From the NCBI GenBank assembly GCA_907165135.1, contig CAJRAX010000007.1, forward strand, positions 62,001-126,000: a stretch of 64,000 bases of DNA. Direction: 5' to 3'. The position numbers were made by a program, and so were the translations under genes. The notes below the pieces were generated by a model. That model saw only the letters and a program-made list of their open reading frames with translations. It did no database searches and was not told where the DNA came from. Below, piece by piece: positions 47,801-60,411 of the stretch; position 1 is the stretch's first letter; every line of letters begins with the position of its first letter. The stretch comes from Oikopleura dioica (lineage: Eukaryota > Animalia > Chordata).

Positions 47801-48902
47801 TTTACAGTTCAAAAAAATAGAAAAAAATTAAGAAAAATTCTGATGCGTTTTTTGGCGTTTTCAGATGATTTACAATTCATAAAAATAAAAAAAAATTAAA
47901 AAAAATTCTGATGCGTTTTTTGGCGTTTTCAGATGATTTACAGTTCAAAAAAATCGAAAAAAATTAAGAAAAATTCTGATGCGTTTTTTGGCGTTTTAGA
48001 TAATTTACAGCTCAAAAAAATCGAAAAAAATTAAGAAAAATTCTGATGCGTTTTTTGGCGTTTTCAGATGATTTACAGTTCATAAAAATAAAAATGAATA
48101 AATAAAAATTCTGATGCGTTTTTTTGCGTTTTCAGATGATTTACAGTTCATAAAAATAATAAAAAAATAAAGAAAAATTCTGATGCGTTTTTTTGCGTTT
48201 TCAGATGATTTACAGTTCATAAAAATAAAAAAAAAATTAATCAAAATTCTGATGCGTTGTTTTGCGTTTTCAGATGATTTACAGTTCATAAAAATAAAAA
48301 AAAAATAAAGAAAAATTCTGATGCCATTTTGAGCGTTTTCAGATGATTTACAGTTCATAGAAATAAACAAAAAAATTGTGAAAAATTCTGATGCGTTTTT
48401 TGCCGTATTAGATGATTTACAATTCATAAAAATAAAAAAAAAATTAATAGAAATTCTGATGCATTTTTTGGCGTTTTCAGATAATTGACAGTAAAAAAAA
48501 ATCGAAAAAAATTAAGAAAAATTCTGATGCGTTTTTTGGCGTTTTTAGATGATTAACAGTTCATAAAAATACAAAAAAAAATTAAAAAAAATTCTGATGC
48601 GTTTTTTGGCGTTTTCAGATGATTAACAGTTCATAGAAATAAACAAAAAAATTGAGAAAAATTCTGATGCGTTTTTTGCCGTATTAGATGATTTACCTTT
48701 CATAAAAATAAAAAAAAAATTAATAAAAATTCTGATGCATTTTTTGGCGTTTTCAGATAATTGACAGTTTAAAAAAATCGAAAAAATTAAGAAAAATTCT
48801 GATGCGTTTTTTGGCGTTTACAGATGATTTACAGTTCATAAAAATAAAAAAAAAAATAAAAAAATTCTGATGCGTTTTTTGGCGTTTTCAGATAATTGAC
48901 AG
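47801..48902 (-). repeat. Main satellite, inverted
   Basis: Same monomer; contains the empty site paralogous to the B insertion (~48636-48640). Confidence 0.96.
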
Positions 48903-49929
48903 TGATACGAATAAAGGAAAGAACACAAGAAAAAAATGAAAAATTGAATATCCCAGTCACATAAATATTTTCGCCAATTAGGTTGATTAGGCATGAATTT
49001 CACAGTTTTATGTTCCGACGATTTTCGGAGCCAAATCTCGGATGCTTGCATGAATTCATAAATCTCTATTTTTCCCTCATAACGTACGCGTTATTTCACA
49101 AATCAAAGGCACATTAGCCACCCGTTTCGGCGGTTCTTTATTTAACTCTTTCTAGTGCTCACTACTTCTTTTATTTAATTTTTGAACTGGTAATTATTAT
49201 TGATGAATCAAGCTGACTCTTCTATGTCTTCAAAACGATGATGGCAATTCTTCTTGACGATAAAAAATCGATCGGCATTTTCTACTACTACAACAGAGCT
49301 GTTGCATGGATTTCATCCTCTAGCTGAGTTCCGCTCTGCGGCTTGACAGTGTGACCCCGTGCTCCTCGGGATGGCGCTGTCTGTAAGTACTCCTAGGTAG
49401 GCAAAATTGATTGAACACCTTTCTGGCTCGCTTAAGGGAAGCTGACCACTCTCCTCAAAACCGACAGAATTGCAGCTTCAACAATGGCGGCGACTTCTCT
49501 GGCAACAACGACGACTACGCAATGGACTGACAACGATTATTGGAACTGGCTTTGGAAAAGTATTAGTAAAAATTCATTAAATTCTATCAAAAAGGGATAT
49601 GGCCACATAGTGGGAAGTTGAACTTTTTGATAAAATTTATTTCTTGGGATTAATTTCGAAGCGAACGTGGCTGTTTCGGCGAATTTCGATTGACAGAAAA
49701 ACAATTGCGCGAAAAGCGCTCACCATATTTGGAAAGAAAAACATGGCGCGAAATGCGCCGCGCCTTATTTGGAAAGAAACGCACCTGCGCGAAATGCGAA
49801 TTGAAAATTTGAAAATTTGAAAAATCACTCTCTCCATACTCAAAATAATACAGCCACGTTTTGAAATTTTGGCGTCATTCTTTGCAAGAATTCTAGCTTA
49901 GAGAGCATTTGAGCAGCAAATCGGTATCA
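48903..49929 (+). repeat. 5' LTR of element E
   Basis: Direct repeat of 55629-56655. Confidence 0.96.
49317..49401 (+). ncRNA. Three-way-junction RNA element in LTR E (second copy 56043-56127)
   Basis: CCT-CTAG-GAGT/ACTC-CTAG-AGG, CCGC/GCGG, GACAGTGT/GCGCTGTC; compensatory changes versus A. Confidence 0.7.
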
Positions 49930-50996
49930 TGGTGAACACGCAAGACTCCAACTTCAAGGTAAATAAAATGCCCGAAGAATTACTTTTTGCCACTTTTCCG
50001 TCCCTCAATTCTCGTCAATTTTTTCGGCCTAATATGCTGTCTTATGAATTTACAATTTCCAAGAATAATTTGAGCGATAAAATTTCTGCAATGCGAAAAA
50101 TTTTTGACAAAAGTATTAAGGATCACAATCGAGAGTCCGACCGCAATAATTTAGAAAAAGCTTTTGACAGACAAGTCGTAGACTGCATTCGCAATAATTG
50201 CTCTCACGAATTTATGAATAATTATGGGCGGGAAATGGCAAATTTCGAAAATATGGATGAAGTTTTTGATTTCCTGGAATCTGTTTTCGGAAGTGAATCT
50301 GAGGAAGAAAAGCGAGAGCGGGCGGGAGTCGAACTAGAAAACCTTTGTCGACGATCGGAAATGAATGAGAAGTTTTCGTCATTTTTGACACGAATTAAAA
50401 CCGTCGCCGAGCTTATTTCTGATAAACAAGATGCTAGAGACTTTATTATCAACGCTCACTTTATGAAAAGCCTTGAGCCAGCGAATAAGTCGTTTTTACG
50501 TGATCATGGAGTCAGTAAAAAGAGTGCTCAGGAGATTGCCACATTTTTGGACTCACGGGAGCGATTTTTGACTGTGAATGTTTCTTCGATCGAGTCGGCA
50601 AATCTTGCGTCCTTTGTTGATCGAACGAGCGAACTTTTGGATTCAAAATTGACTCAGATGGAATCAAATTATGAGCGCAAAAATTCGGAATTACTTGAAC
50701 AGATAAAACAATTAACAGCGACTGTAGCAAAGATAGAGCTCGAAAAGAAGGTCAAAAATGAGGAAATTAGCAGGCCAGCTAACCCGCCGGCCTCAGCAAA
50801 TTTTATTCCGCCGTTTCCGTTCAGATTCCAGCAACCTCCCCAAGCGGCCCCTTTTTGCCGAAATTGCCAACAATGGGGTCATGTTAAGCCGAGGTGCCCC
50901 AAAATTAAATGCTACGAGTGTCAGGGTTTTGGTCATATCGGGCGAAACTGCTTGAAACGACGGGAAAATAGCACTCAGGATCAATCAAAAAACTAA
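49929..50996 (+). CDS. gag: Gag, family E, intact 355 aa
   Basis: ATG uses the last base of the LTR; CRNCQQWGHVKPRC and CYECQGFGHIGRNC knuckles. Confidence 0.94.
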   Translation: MVNTQDSNFKVNKMPEELLFATFPSLNSRQFFRPNMLSYEFTISKNNLSDKISAMRKIFDKSIKDHNRESDRNNLEKAFDRQVVDCIRNNCSHEFMNNYGREMANFENMDEVFDFLESVFGSESEEEKRERAGVELENLCRRSEMNEKFSSFLTRIKTVAELISDKQDARDFIINAHFMKSLEPANKSFLRDHGVSKKSAQEIATFLDSRERFLTVNVSSIESANLASFVDRTSELLDSKLTQMESNYERKNSELLEQIKQLTATVAKIELEKKVKNEEISRPANPPASANFIPPFPFRFQQPPQAAPFCRNCQQWGHVKPRCPKIKCYECQGFGHIGRNCLKRRENSTQDQSKN

Positions 50997-53900
50997 ATTT
51001 TGGAACGAATTCTGGTCAAATTTCCGTTCCAAAAATCTCCATCAATAAAATAGGCGAACAATTTTATGTAACTGTAAATATTTTTAATTCACCTGTTCGA
51101 TTTTTATTAGATACTGGATCACAATTAAATTGCATTTGTAAGAAAAACATACCAAAAAACATAAAAATCCAAAAAACAAAAACTGAAGCGGTAAATTACT
51201 CCGGCGGACAAATTGATATTTTGGGAAAGGTCGAAGCGGATATCATCATTGAAAATGTAAATTGGGGAAAATCAGAATTTTACGTTGTTCCTGACAATTT
51301 GAGCCCTATTTTGGGAGTGCCAGCTATTCAAGATAACGAGATAATGATAAACCTTCACCGTCGTAAAATAATTCAATCAGGACCAATTGAACGGTTTGCA
51401 AAACTTAATCAAATTAAAACAGACGATAATTTTGAAATCAACGAGGACAAAAATAAGGATCGTGAATATGATGGTTTTTCTACCGATAACTTTTCTTTTA
51501 GGCCTAAATCAGAATGCATAATTGATTTGAAAATCAAAGATCTTGAAAAATCGAAAAGTCTTTCATTTGATCAGTCTAATCTAGGAAATTCTAAATTGCA
51601 GCTTATCCCAAGCTTTCAAGTTGTCGATAAAAATTGCCCAAAATTTCGTCTTCTTATTATAAATCCAACAGACACAGTCATCAAAATTCCTGCGGGTACA
51701 GTTTTTGTTAAATTACATGAAATCGTTGAAATAGCGAGAATAAAAAACATAAAGCATAAAAACCTTAAAAATATTTCCGTCGGTAAAATTAACTCTTCAA
51801 AAATAAAAATTGATTTTGACGCTCTTTTAGATGATTTTGCACATCTTTTGTTGGACGAGGATGACTCGCTTCCAGAATGTACAATTGAAAAATTTTCAAT
51901 AGACACAGATACAGACTTCCCCATTTCTTCAGCCCCGTTTCGCACTCCTTTTAGCTTGAGGAATGTTTTAAGAGATCTTTTGGATAAATTTATGGATAAT
52001 AAATTTATAGAGCGATGTTCTAGCCCGTGGAATAGTCCGAGTATTCTTGTAAGAAAAAAAGATGGACGATTTCGTCTTGTCATTGATTTCAGAAAGTTAA
52101 ATGATGTGACTATTCAGATGCACTACCCCCTGCCAAATTTAGAGGATTCGTTGTCGTATTTAGATAAAAGTACTATTTTCTCTTCGATAGACCTTATTAA
52201 GGGGTTTCATCAGATCGCTTTAACAGAAGAATCAAAAGATAAAACGGCATTTTCGAACGAGTTCGGTCAATTTAGATTTTTACGCATGCCTATGGGCTGT
52301 CGAAATGCACCAAGTTTTTTCATGAGAGTAATTGATCAGGCACTAAAAGGTGTAGATAAAACCGAAATATTACCGTACATGGACGATATTCTTATTCATA
52401 GTAAAACAGAACAAGAGCATTTTTTGAACCTCAAAAAATTTTTTCATATTCTAGATGCGAATAATCTTAGGATAAACTCTCGAAAAGCTTCATTTTTTAC
52501 AAGGTCGGTGACATTTTGTGGCTATTTTATTTCTCAGGGTAATATTTCTCCTTCAACGGATAAAATTCAGGCTATAAGAAATCTTAAAATTCCTAGTTCT
52601 AAGGAGAGTGCGCAAAGTCTTTTTGGACTTTTAAACTTTCATCGTAGATTTATAAAAAATTTTTCGGCAATAGCATTACCAATTACAAAAACTTGGAGAA
52701 ACGGGTTTAAATGGACAGACGAGGCTTCGAGCGCGTTAAGCAAGCTTCAAAATATTATATGCGATAATGCAATGAAGCTCAAAATACCCCCAGTAGACAA
52801 TGCGCTTTTCGTTTTAGAGACAGACGCGTCAAATAATGCATACGGTGGGGTACTCTATATTTGTGAAAAAAATTGTAGGGATAATTCTCATCACCATTCT
52901 AGTGAGTGTTTGATCCCTGTAGGCTATAACAGTGGTAATTTTAACGAAACTCAATCACGATACACAATTATAGAAAAAGAATTATTTTCCGCCAAACAAT
53001 GCATGATGAAGTGGTCAATCTATCTTTCTTACAATAGTTTTGATTGGATTACAGATAATTCAAACATTAAATACGTTCGAACACTAAGAACCTATAATCA
53101 AAAAATCACGAGATGGATAACGGAAATTCAAGGATTTAATTTTAGAACAATTCAAAAACCCTCGTCAAAAATGCAGATAAGTGACTGTTTGAGTAGACAA
53201 ACTACGATTCAAAATCAGCCCCTTATAAATTCAATTAAAATAACTCAAAAACAATTTTGCGAGCTTCAGATGCTTGATCCTCTTTTAACCGAGATAAGAA
53301 AATTTTTGACGATAGATAGATGGCCTCACAATCCATCAGGTGATATAACATTTTATTGGCTTTTGAGAGAAAATTTGACTATTTCGGAAAATGATCAAAT
53401 TATTTTTTTCGATGATTCAGGAAATAGACGGATTTTAGTTCCAAAAAGTTTAGAGAGTGAACTTATTAAAAATTACCATGAATATTGCCACGCTGGAATC
53501 GATCAAGTTTTTTCAAAAATATCCGTCAAGTATATATGGCCTAGAATGCGTCAAGCAATAAGAGAATTTGTTAGAACATGTTCGTATTGTCAAAAAGATA
53601 AGCCTGATTTTCACCCCAATAAAGCGCCGGTTTTGACCTTCAAAACACCAAACGGACCTTTTGAAGTTTTTGGATTCGATCTGATCACGTTACCTCCAAC
53701 TGATCATGGAAATAAATATGTAATGGTAATGATCGATTTTTTCTCGAAATTCGGATATTGTGAACCTCTTAAATCTCGTAATTCTAAATATCTCCTTGAA
53801 AAATTTAAAAGTGTGATTTTCAAAAATCCAATTTATCCAAAAATTGTTGTGCTCGACAATGCTAGGGAACATTCAGAGATCGAGAAATTTATGAAAGAAA

Positions 53901-55567
53901 ATCATATAGACCCTCATTTTACTCCTCCAAGGCATCCTTCTTCTAATGGGCAAGTGGAAAATTATAATCGAACCCTTAAAAGTAGATTACGTGCACGTTG
54001 TGGGTTAGTAAATTGGGATCAGAACCTTCAAGAGGTTGTCCATGACCTTAATTCAAGCGAGCATTCAGTCACGAAAACATCCCCTTATTCCCTTCAAATG
54101 GGCGTGAAAAACGCTCATGACATTTTTGATCCAAATTTTAGGGCTTCTTTCGAAAAAAGTGATATTGATTTTCAACAAATTAAAAAATTGATCGAAGATG
54201 AAAAACAAAATAGGCTTGAGAAATTTTCAAACCCAAAATTTGTGCCTTATCAAATCGGCGACATGGTTCTTATCAAAAATTTCGACGCGAAAAAACCAGC
54301 TTTTCTTGGGCCGTATAAAATAAAAAATAAATCGAAAGAGGGAACTTGGTATACAGTCGCGTCTGATGATAAAGAGTTTCGGCGACACGCTGATCATTTG
54401 AAAAAATTTAACGCGCGAAAAGAGGATTCGGAAGATTTAGGTCTCTCAGTTGAACTTCCAGATATTCAAGACGATTTTTCGACCTTCCACAAAGACAATG
54501 TTTTCGAGCGAGAAAGTTTTTCAAGTGGTTTTTATTCTTGTCCACCTATTTCAATGAAGGAAGATGAAATAGAAGAAAAAATGGACAACATAGTTAATTC
54601 ATTAATTGATATTGTTTTTGAGAATATTTTTTCAGACTTGATTGTTGATACACTTGAATCTATGGAATCTTCCTCTGAGGAAAGTTCTTGTGTATCAATA
54701 ATCGAGAATGAACAGAGTTTAAGAGAGCCCGATAGTTCGCAAAATATTGAAGCGATACCTAAACCTGACGATTTTCCGGTCTCTGGGTCCCTTATTTCAT
54801 CTGATTCGGAGTGGGAAATTGAGGAAAATTCTCATTGGGAAGTGACGGTAGACGAAGAATTATCTACGGTTGAAACAGAAACAGTCCATGAAAATATAAT
54901 AACGGAAGATCAAGAACCCCTTATTTCTTACGATAAATTAGATATTTCGGCAAATCGGAAACGCGAAAGAGAATCATCGAAAGACTCCATTCCTTGCTCT
55001 AAAATACCAAATTTAGACCCAAAAGATAGCTCTGATGAAGAGTCAAATGATAGGTCGGAAATGATTTGTGAAAACTTCGATACTTCAATAACATTTAAAT
55101 TAGAAAACGAGCATGAAAGTTTTTTCCAGAGAATAGAATCGAGAATTGAGGAGCTTGAAGAGAATATGGCAATTGAAAATGGGTGTATTTTGAAGTTGGG
55201 TGAATTAACAAAAGAAGCACTTAGATTTATCTTGCATAAGTTTGATGTTCAATATTTGACAACGGAAACGATATCAGATCTAAGAATAAAAATAAGAGAG
55301 TATATTTGGAAAAATCACCCTAATTGGCGAAAAAATGCATGCGGAGAGTTATTATTCTTTTCAATTTTAAATTTGAAAAAGAAAAAAAAACTCTTTATGA
55401 TTTGAAAAAACCTGAATTGAAAGTTCTTATTGCTGAGTATAACCTGCCAAAATGTGTTTTGCAAAATAAGTCAGAAATGATTTTATTTATTAATTCTGCT
55501 TTTGAAAAATTATATCCGAATCATCCAAAAAAAGAACAATGATCTCATATTCGGACCAAATATCTAA
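50987..55567 (+). CDS. pol: Pol, family E, entered by -1 frameshift at A AAA AAC; only A-run shifts near the C-terminus (~55385, ~55530)
   Basis: Frame open from the slippery site through FLLDTGS, YMDD, ETDAS, HHCC, D,D,E, GPY. Confidence 0.94.
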
Positions 55568-55628
55568 TATTCAATTTGTTTCTTCCTTAAAAGATGCTCC
55601 GAAAAAAGATACCCATGAGTGGTCATAC

Positions 55629-56655
55629 TGATACGAATAAAGGAAAGAACACAAGAAAAAAATGAAAAATTGAATATCCCAGTCACATAAATATTTTCGC
55701 CAATTAGGTTGATTAGGCATGAATTTCACAGTTTTATGTTCCGACGATTTTCGGAGCCAAATCTCGGATGCTTGCATGAATTCATAAATCTCTATTTTTC
55801 CCTCATAACGTACGCGTTATTTCACAAATCAAAGGCACATTAGCCACCCGTTTCGGCGGTTCTTTATTTAACTCTTTCTAGTGCTCACTACTTCTTTTAT
55901 TTAATTTTTGAACTGGTAATTATTATTGATGAATCAAGCTGACTCTTCTATGTCTTCAAAACGATGATGGCAATTCTTCTTGACGATAAAAAATCGATCG
56001 GCATTTTCTACTACTACAACAGAGCTGTTGCATGGATTTCATCCTCTAGCTGAGTTCCGCTCTGCGGCTTGACAGTGTGACCCCGTGCTCCTCGGGATGG
56101 CGCTGTCTGTAAGTACTCCTAGGTAGGCAAAATTGATTGAACACCTTTCTGGCTCGCTTAAGGGAAGCTGACCACTCTCCTCAAAACCGACAGAATTGCA
56201 GCTTCAACAATGGCGGCGACTTCTCTGGCAACAACGACGACTACGCAATGGACTGACAACGATTATTGGAACTGGCTTTGGAAAAGTATTAGTAAAAATT
56301 CATTAAATTCTATCAAAAAGGGATATGGCCACATAGTGGGAAGTTGAACTTTTTGATAAAATTTATTTCTTGGGATTAATTTCGAAGCGAACGTGGCTGT
56401 TTCGGCGAATTTCGATTGACAGAAAAACAATTGCGCGAAAAGCGCTCACCATATTTGGAAAGAAAAACATGGCGCGAAATGCGCCGCGCCTTATTTGGAA
56501 AGAAACGCACCTGCGCGAAATGCGAATTGAAAATTTGAAAATTTGAAAAATCACTCTCTCCATACTCAAAATAATACAGCCACGTTTTGAAATTTTGGCG
56601 TCATTCTTTGCAAGAATTCTAGCTTAGAGAGCATTTGAGCAGCAAATCGGTATCA
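55629..56655 (+). repeat. 3' LTR of element E
   Basis: Direct repeat of 48903-49929. Confidence 0.96.
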
Positions 56656-59600
56656 GACAGTTTAAAAAAATCGAAAAAAATTAAGAAAAATTCTGATGCA
56701 TTTTTTGGCGTTTACAGATGATTTACAGTTCATAAAAATAAAAAAAAATAAAAAATTCTGATGCGTTTTTGGCGTTTTCAGATGATTAACAGTTCATAAA
56801 AATAAGAAAAAAACAATAAAAATTCTGATGCGTTTTTGGCGTTTTTAGATGATTTACAGTTCATAAAAATATAAAAATAATTAAAAAAAATTCTGATGCG
56901 TTTTTTGGCGTTTTCAGATTATTGACAGCTCAAAAAATCGAAAAAATTAAAAAAATTCTGATGCGTTTTTGGCGTTTTCAGATAATTAACAGTTCAAAAA
57001 TCAAAATAAATAAAGAAAAATTCTGATGCGTTTTTTGGCGTTTTCAGATGATTTACAGTTCATAAAAATAAAAAAAAAAAAATTAAAAAAAATTCTGATG
57101 CGTTTTTTGGCGTTTTCAGATGATTTACAGTTCAAAAAATCGAAAAAATTAAGAAAAATTCTGATGCGTTTTTTTTGGCGTTTACAGATGATTTACAATT
57201 CATAAAAATAAAAAAAAAAAATTAAAAAAGATTCTGATGCGTTTTTTGGCGTTTTCAGATGATTTACAGTTCAAAAAATCGAAAAAATTAAGAAAAATTC
57301 TGATGCGTTTTTGGCGTTTTCAGATGATTTACAATTCATAAAAATAAAAAATTAAAAAATTCTGATGCGTTTTTGGCGTTTTCAGATGATTTACAGTTCA
57401 AAAAATCGAAAAAATTAAGAAAAATTCTGATGCGTTTTTTGGCGTTTTCAGATGATTTACAATTCATAAAAATAAAAAAAAAAATTAAAAAAATTCTGAT
57501 GCGTTTTTTGGCGTTTTCAGATAATTTACAGTTCAAAAAATAGAAAAAATTAAGAAAAATTCTGATGCGTTTTTGGCGTTTTCAGATGATTTACAATTCA
57601 TAAAAATAAAAAATTAAAAAATTCTGATGCGTTTTTGGCGTTTTCAGATGATTTACAGTTCAAAAAATCGAAAAAATTAAGAAAAATTCTGATGCGTTTT
57701 TTGGCGTTTTAGATAATTTACAGCTCAAAAAAATCGAAAAAATTAAGAAAAATTCTGATGCGTTTTTGGCGTTTTCAGATGATTTACAGTTCAAAAAAAT
57801 CGAAAAAAATTAAGAAAAATTCTGATGCGTTTTTTGGCATTTTCAGATGATTTACAGTTCAAAAAAATAAAAAAAATTAAGAAAAATTCTGATGCGTTTT
57901 TTGGCGTTTACAGATGATTTACAGTTCATAAAAATAAAAAAAAATTAAAAAAAATTCTGATGCGTTTTTTGGCGTTTTCAAATGATTTACAGTTCATAAA
58001 AATAAAAAAAAAATTAATCAAAATTCTGATGCGTTGTTTTGCGTTTTCAGATGATTTACAGTTCATAAAAATAATAAAAAAATTGAGAAAAATTCTGATG
58101 CGTTTTTTGCCGTATTAGATGATTTAAAATTCATAAAAATAAAAAAAAAATTAATAAAAATTCTGATGCATTTTTTGGCGTTTTCAGATAATTGACAGTT
58201 TAAAAAATCGAAAAAATTAAGAAAAATTCTTATGCGTTTTTGGCGTTTTTAGATGATTTACAGTTCATAAAAAAAAAAAAATTAAAAAAATTCTGATGCG
58301 TTTTTTGGCGTTTTCAGATAATTTACAGTTCATAAAAATAAAAAAAAAAATTAAAAAAATTCTGATGCGTTTTTGGCGTTTTCAGATGATTTACAGTTCA
58401 TAAAAATAAAAAAATAAAAAAATTCTGATGCGTTTTTGGCGTTTTCAGATGATTTACAGTTCATAAAAATAAAAAAAATTAAAAAAATTCTGATGCGTTT
58501 TTGGCGTTCTCAGATGATTTACAGTTCAAAAAATCGAAAAAAATTAAGAAAAATTCTGATGCGTTTTTTGGCATTTTCAGATGATTTACAGTTCAAAAAA
58601 ATAAAAAAAAATTAAGAAAAATTCTGATGCGTTTTTTGGCGTTTTCAGATGATTTACAGTTCATAAAAACAAAAAAAAAAATTAATAAAAATTTTGATGC
58701 GTTTTTTGGCGTTTTTAGATAATTTACAGTTCATAAAAATAAAAAAAAAATAAAAAAAATTCTGATGCGTTTTTTGGCGTTTTAAGATGATTTACAGTTC
58801 ATAAAAATTTAAAAAAAAATCAAAAAAAATTCTGATACGTTTTTTGGCGTTTTCAGATGATTTACAGTTCATAAAAATAAAAAAAAAAAATTAAATAAAT
58901 TCTGATGCGTTTTTTGGCGTTTTCAGATGATTTACAGTTCAAAAAAATAAAAAAATTAAGAAAAATTCTGATGCGTTTTTGGCGTTTTCAGATGATTTAC
59001 AGTTCATAAAAATAAAAAAAATTAAAAAAATTCTGATGCGTTTTTGGCGTTTTCAGATGATTTACAGTTCATAAATATAAAAAAATTAAAAAAATTCTGA
59101 TGCGTTTTTGGCGTTTTCAGATGATTTACAGTTCATAAAAATAAAAAAAATTAAGAAAAATTCTGATGCGTTTTTGGCGTTTTCAGATGATTTACAGTTC
59201 ATAAAAATAAAAAATTAAAAAAATTCTGATGCGTTTTTTGGCGTTTTTAGATGATTAACAGTTTATAAAAATAAAAAAAAAAAAACAATAAAAATTCTGA
59301 TGCGTTTTTTGGCGTTTTTAGATGATTTACAGTTCATAAAAATATAAAAAAAATTAAAAAATCTGATGCGTTTTTGGCGTTTTCAGATAATTTACAGCTC
59401 AAAAAATCGAAAAAATTAAGAAAAATTCTGATGCGTTTTTCGGCGTTTTCAGATGATTTACAGTTCAAAAAAATAAAAACAAAAATTAAAAAAAAATTCT
59501 GATGCGTTTTTTGGCGTTTTTAGATAATTAACAGTTCAAAAATCAAAAAAAATAAAGAAAAATTCTGATGCGTTTTTTGGCGTTTTCAGATGATTTACAG

Positions 59601-60411
59601 TTCATAAAAATAAAAAAAAAAATTAAAAAAAATTCTTATGCGTTTCTTGGCGTTTTCAGATAATTTACAGTTCAAAAAAATCGAAAAAAATTAAGAAAAT
59701 TTCTGATGCGTTTTTTGGCGTTTTCAGATGATTTACAGTTCATAAAAATAAAAAAAAAATAAAAAAAAATTCTGATGCGTTTTTTGGCGTTTTCAGATGA
59801 TTTACAGTTCATAAAAAAAAAAAAAAATTAATCAAAATTCTGATGCGTTGTTTTGCGTTTTCAGATGATTTACAGTTCATAAAAATAATAAAAAAATTGA
59901 GAAAAATTCTGATGCGTTTTTTGCCGTATTAGATGATTTACAATTCATAAAAATAAAAAAAAAATTAATAAAAATTCTGATGCATTTTTTGGCGTTTTCA
60001 GATAATTGACAGTTTAAAAAAATCGAAAAAAATTAAGAAAAATTCTGATGCGTTTTTTGGCGTTTTTAGATGATTTACAGTTCATAAAAATAAAAAAAAA
60101 TTAAAAAAAATTCTGATGCGTTTTTTGGCGTTTTCAGATAATTTACAGTTCATAAAAATAAAAAAAATTAAAAAATTCTGATGCGTTTTTTGGCGTTTTC
60201 AGATGATTTACAGTTCATAAAAATAAAAAAAAAATAAATATAAATTCTGATGCGTTTTTTTGCGTTTTAAGATGATTTACAGTTCATAAAAATAAAAAAA
60301 AAAAAAAATAAAAATTCTGATGCGTTTTTTTTGCGTTTTCAGATGATTTACAGTTCATAAAAATAAAGAAAAAATAAATATAAATTCTGATGCGTTTTTT
60401 GGCGTTTTCAG
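56656..60411 (-). repeat. Main satellite, inverted
   Basis: Same monomer, reverse complement. Confidence 0.97.

Larger units (their letters stand above)
48903..56655 (+). mobile_element. Ty3/Gypsy LTR retrotransposon, family E (closest to A), full length, very recent
   Basis: 1027-bp LTRs (48903-49929, 55629-56655) with no difference seen, TSD GACAG, intact gag and 1394-aa pol ORF. Confidence 0.97.
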
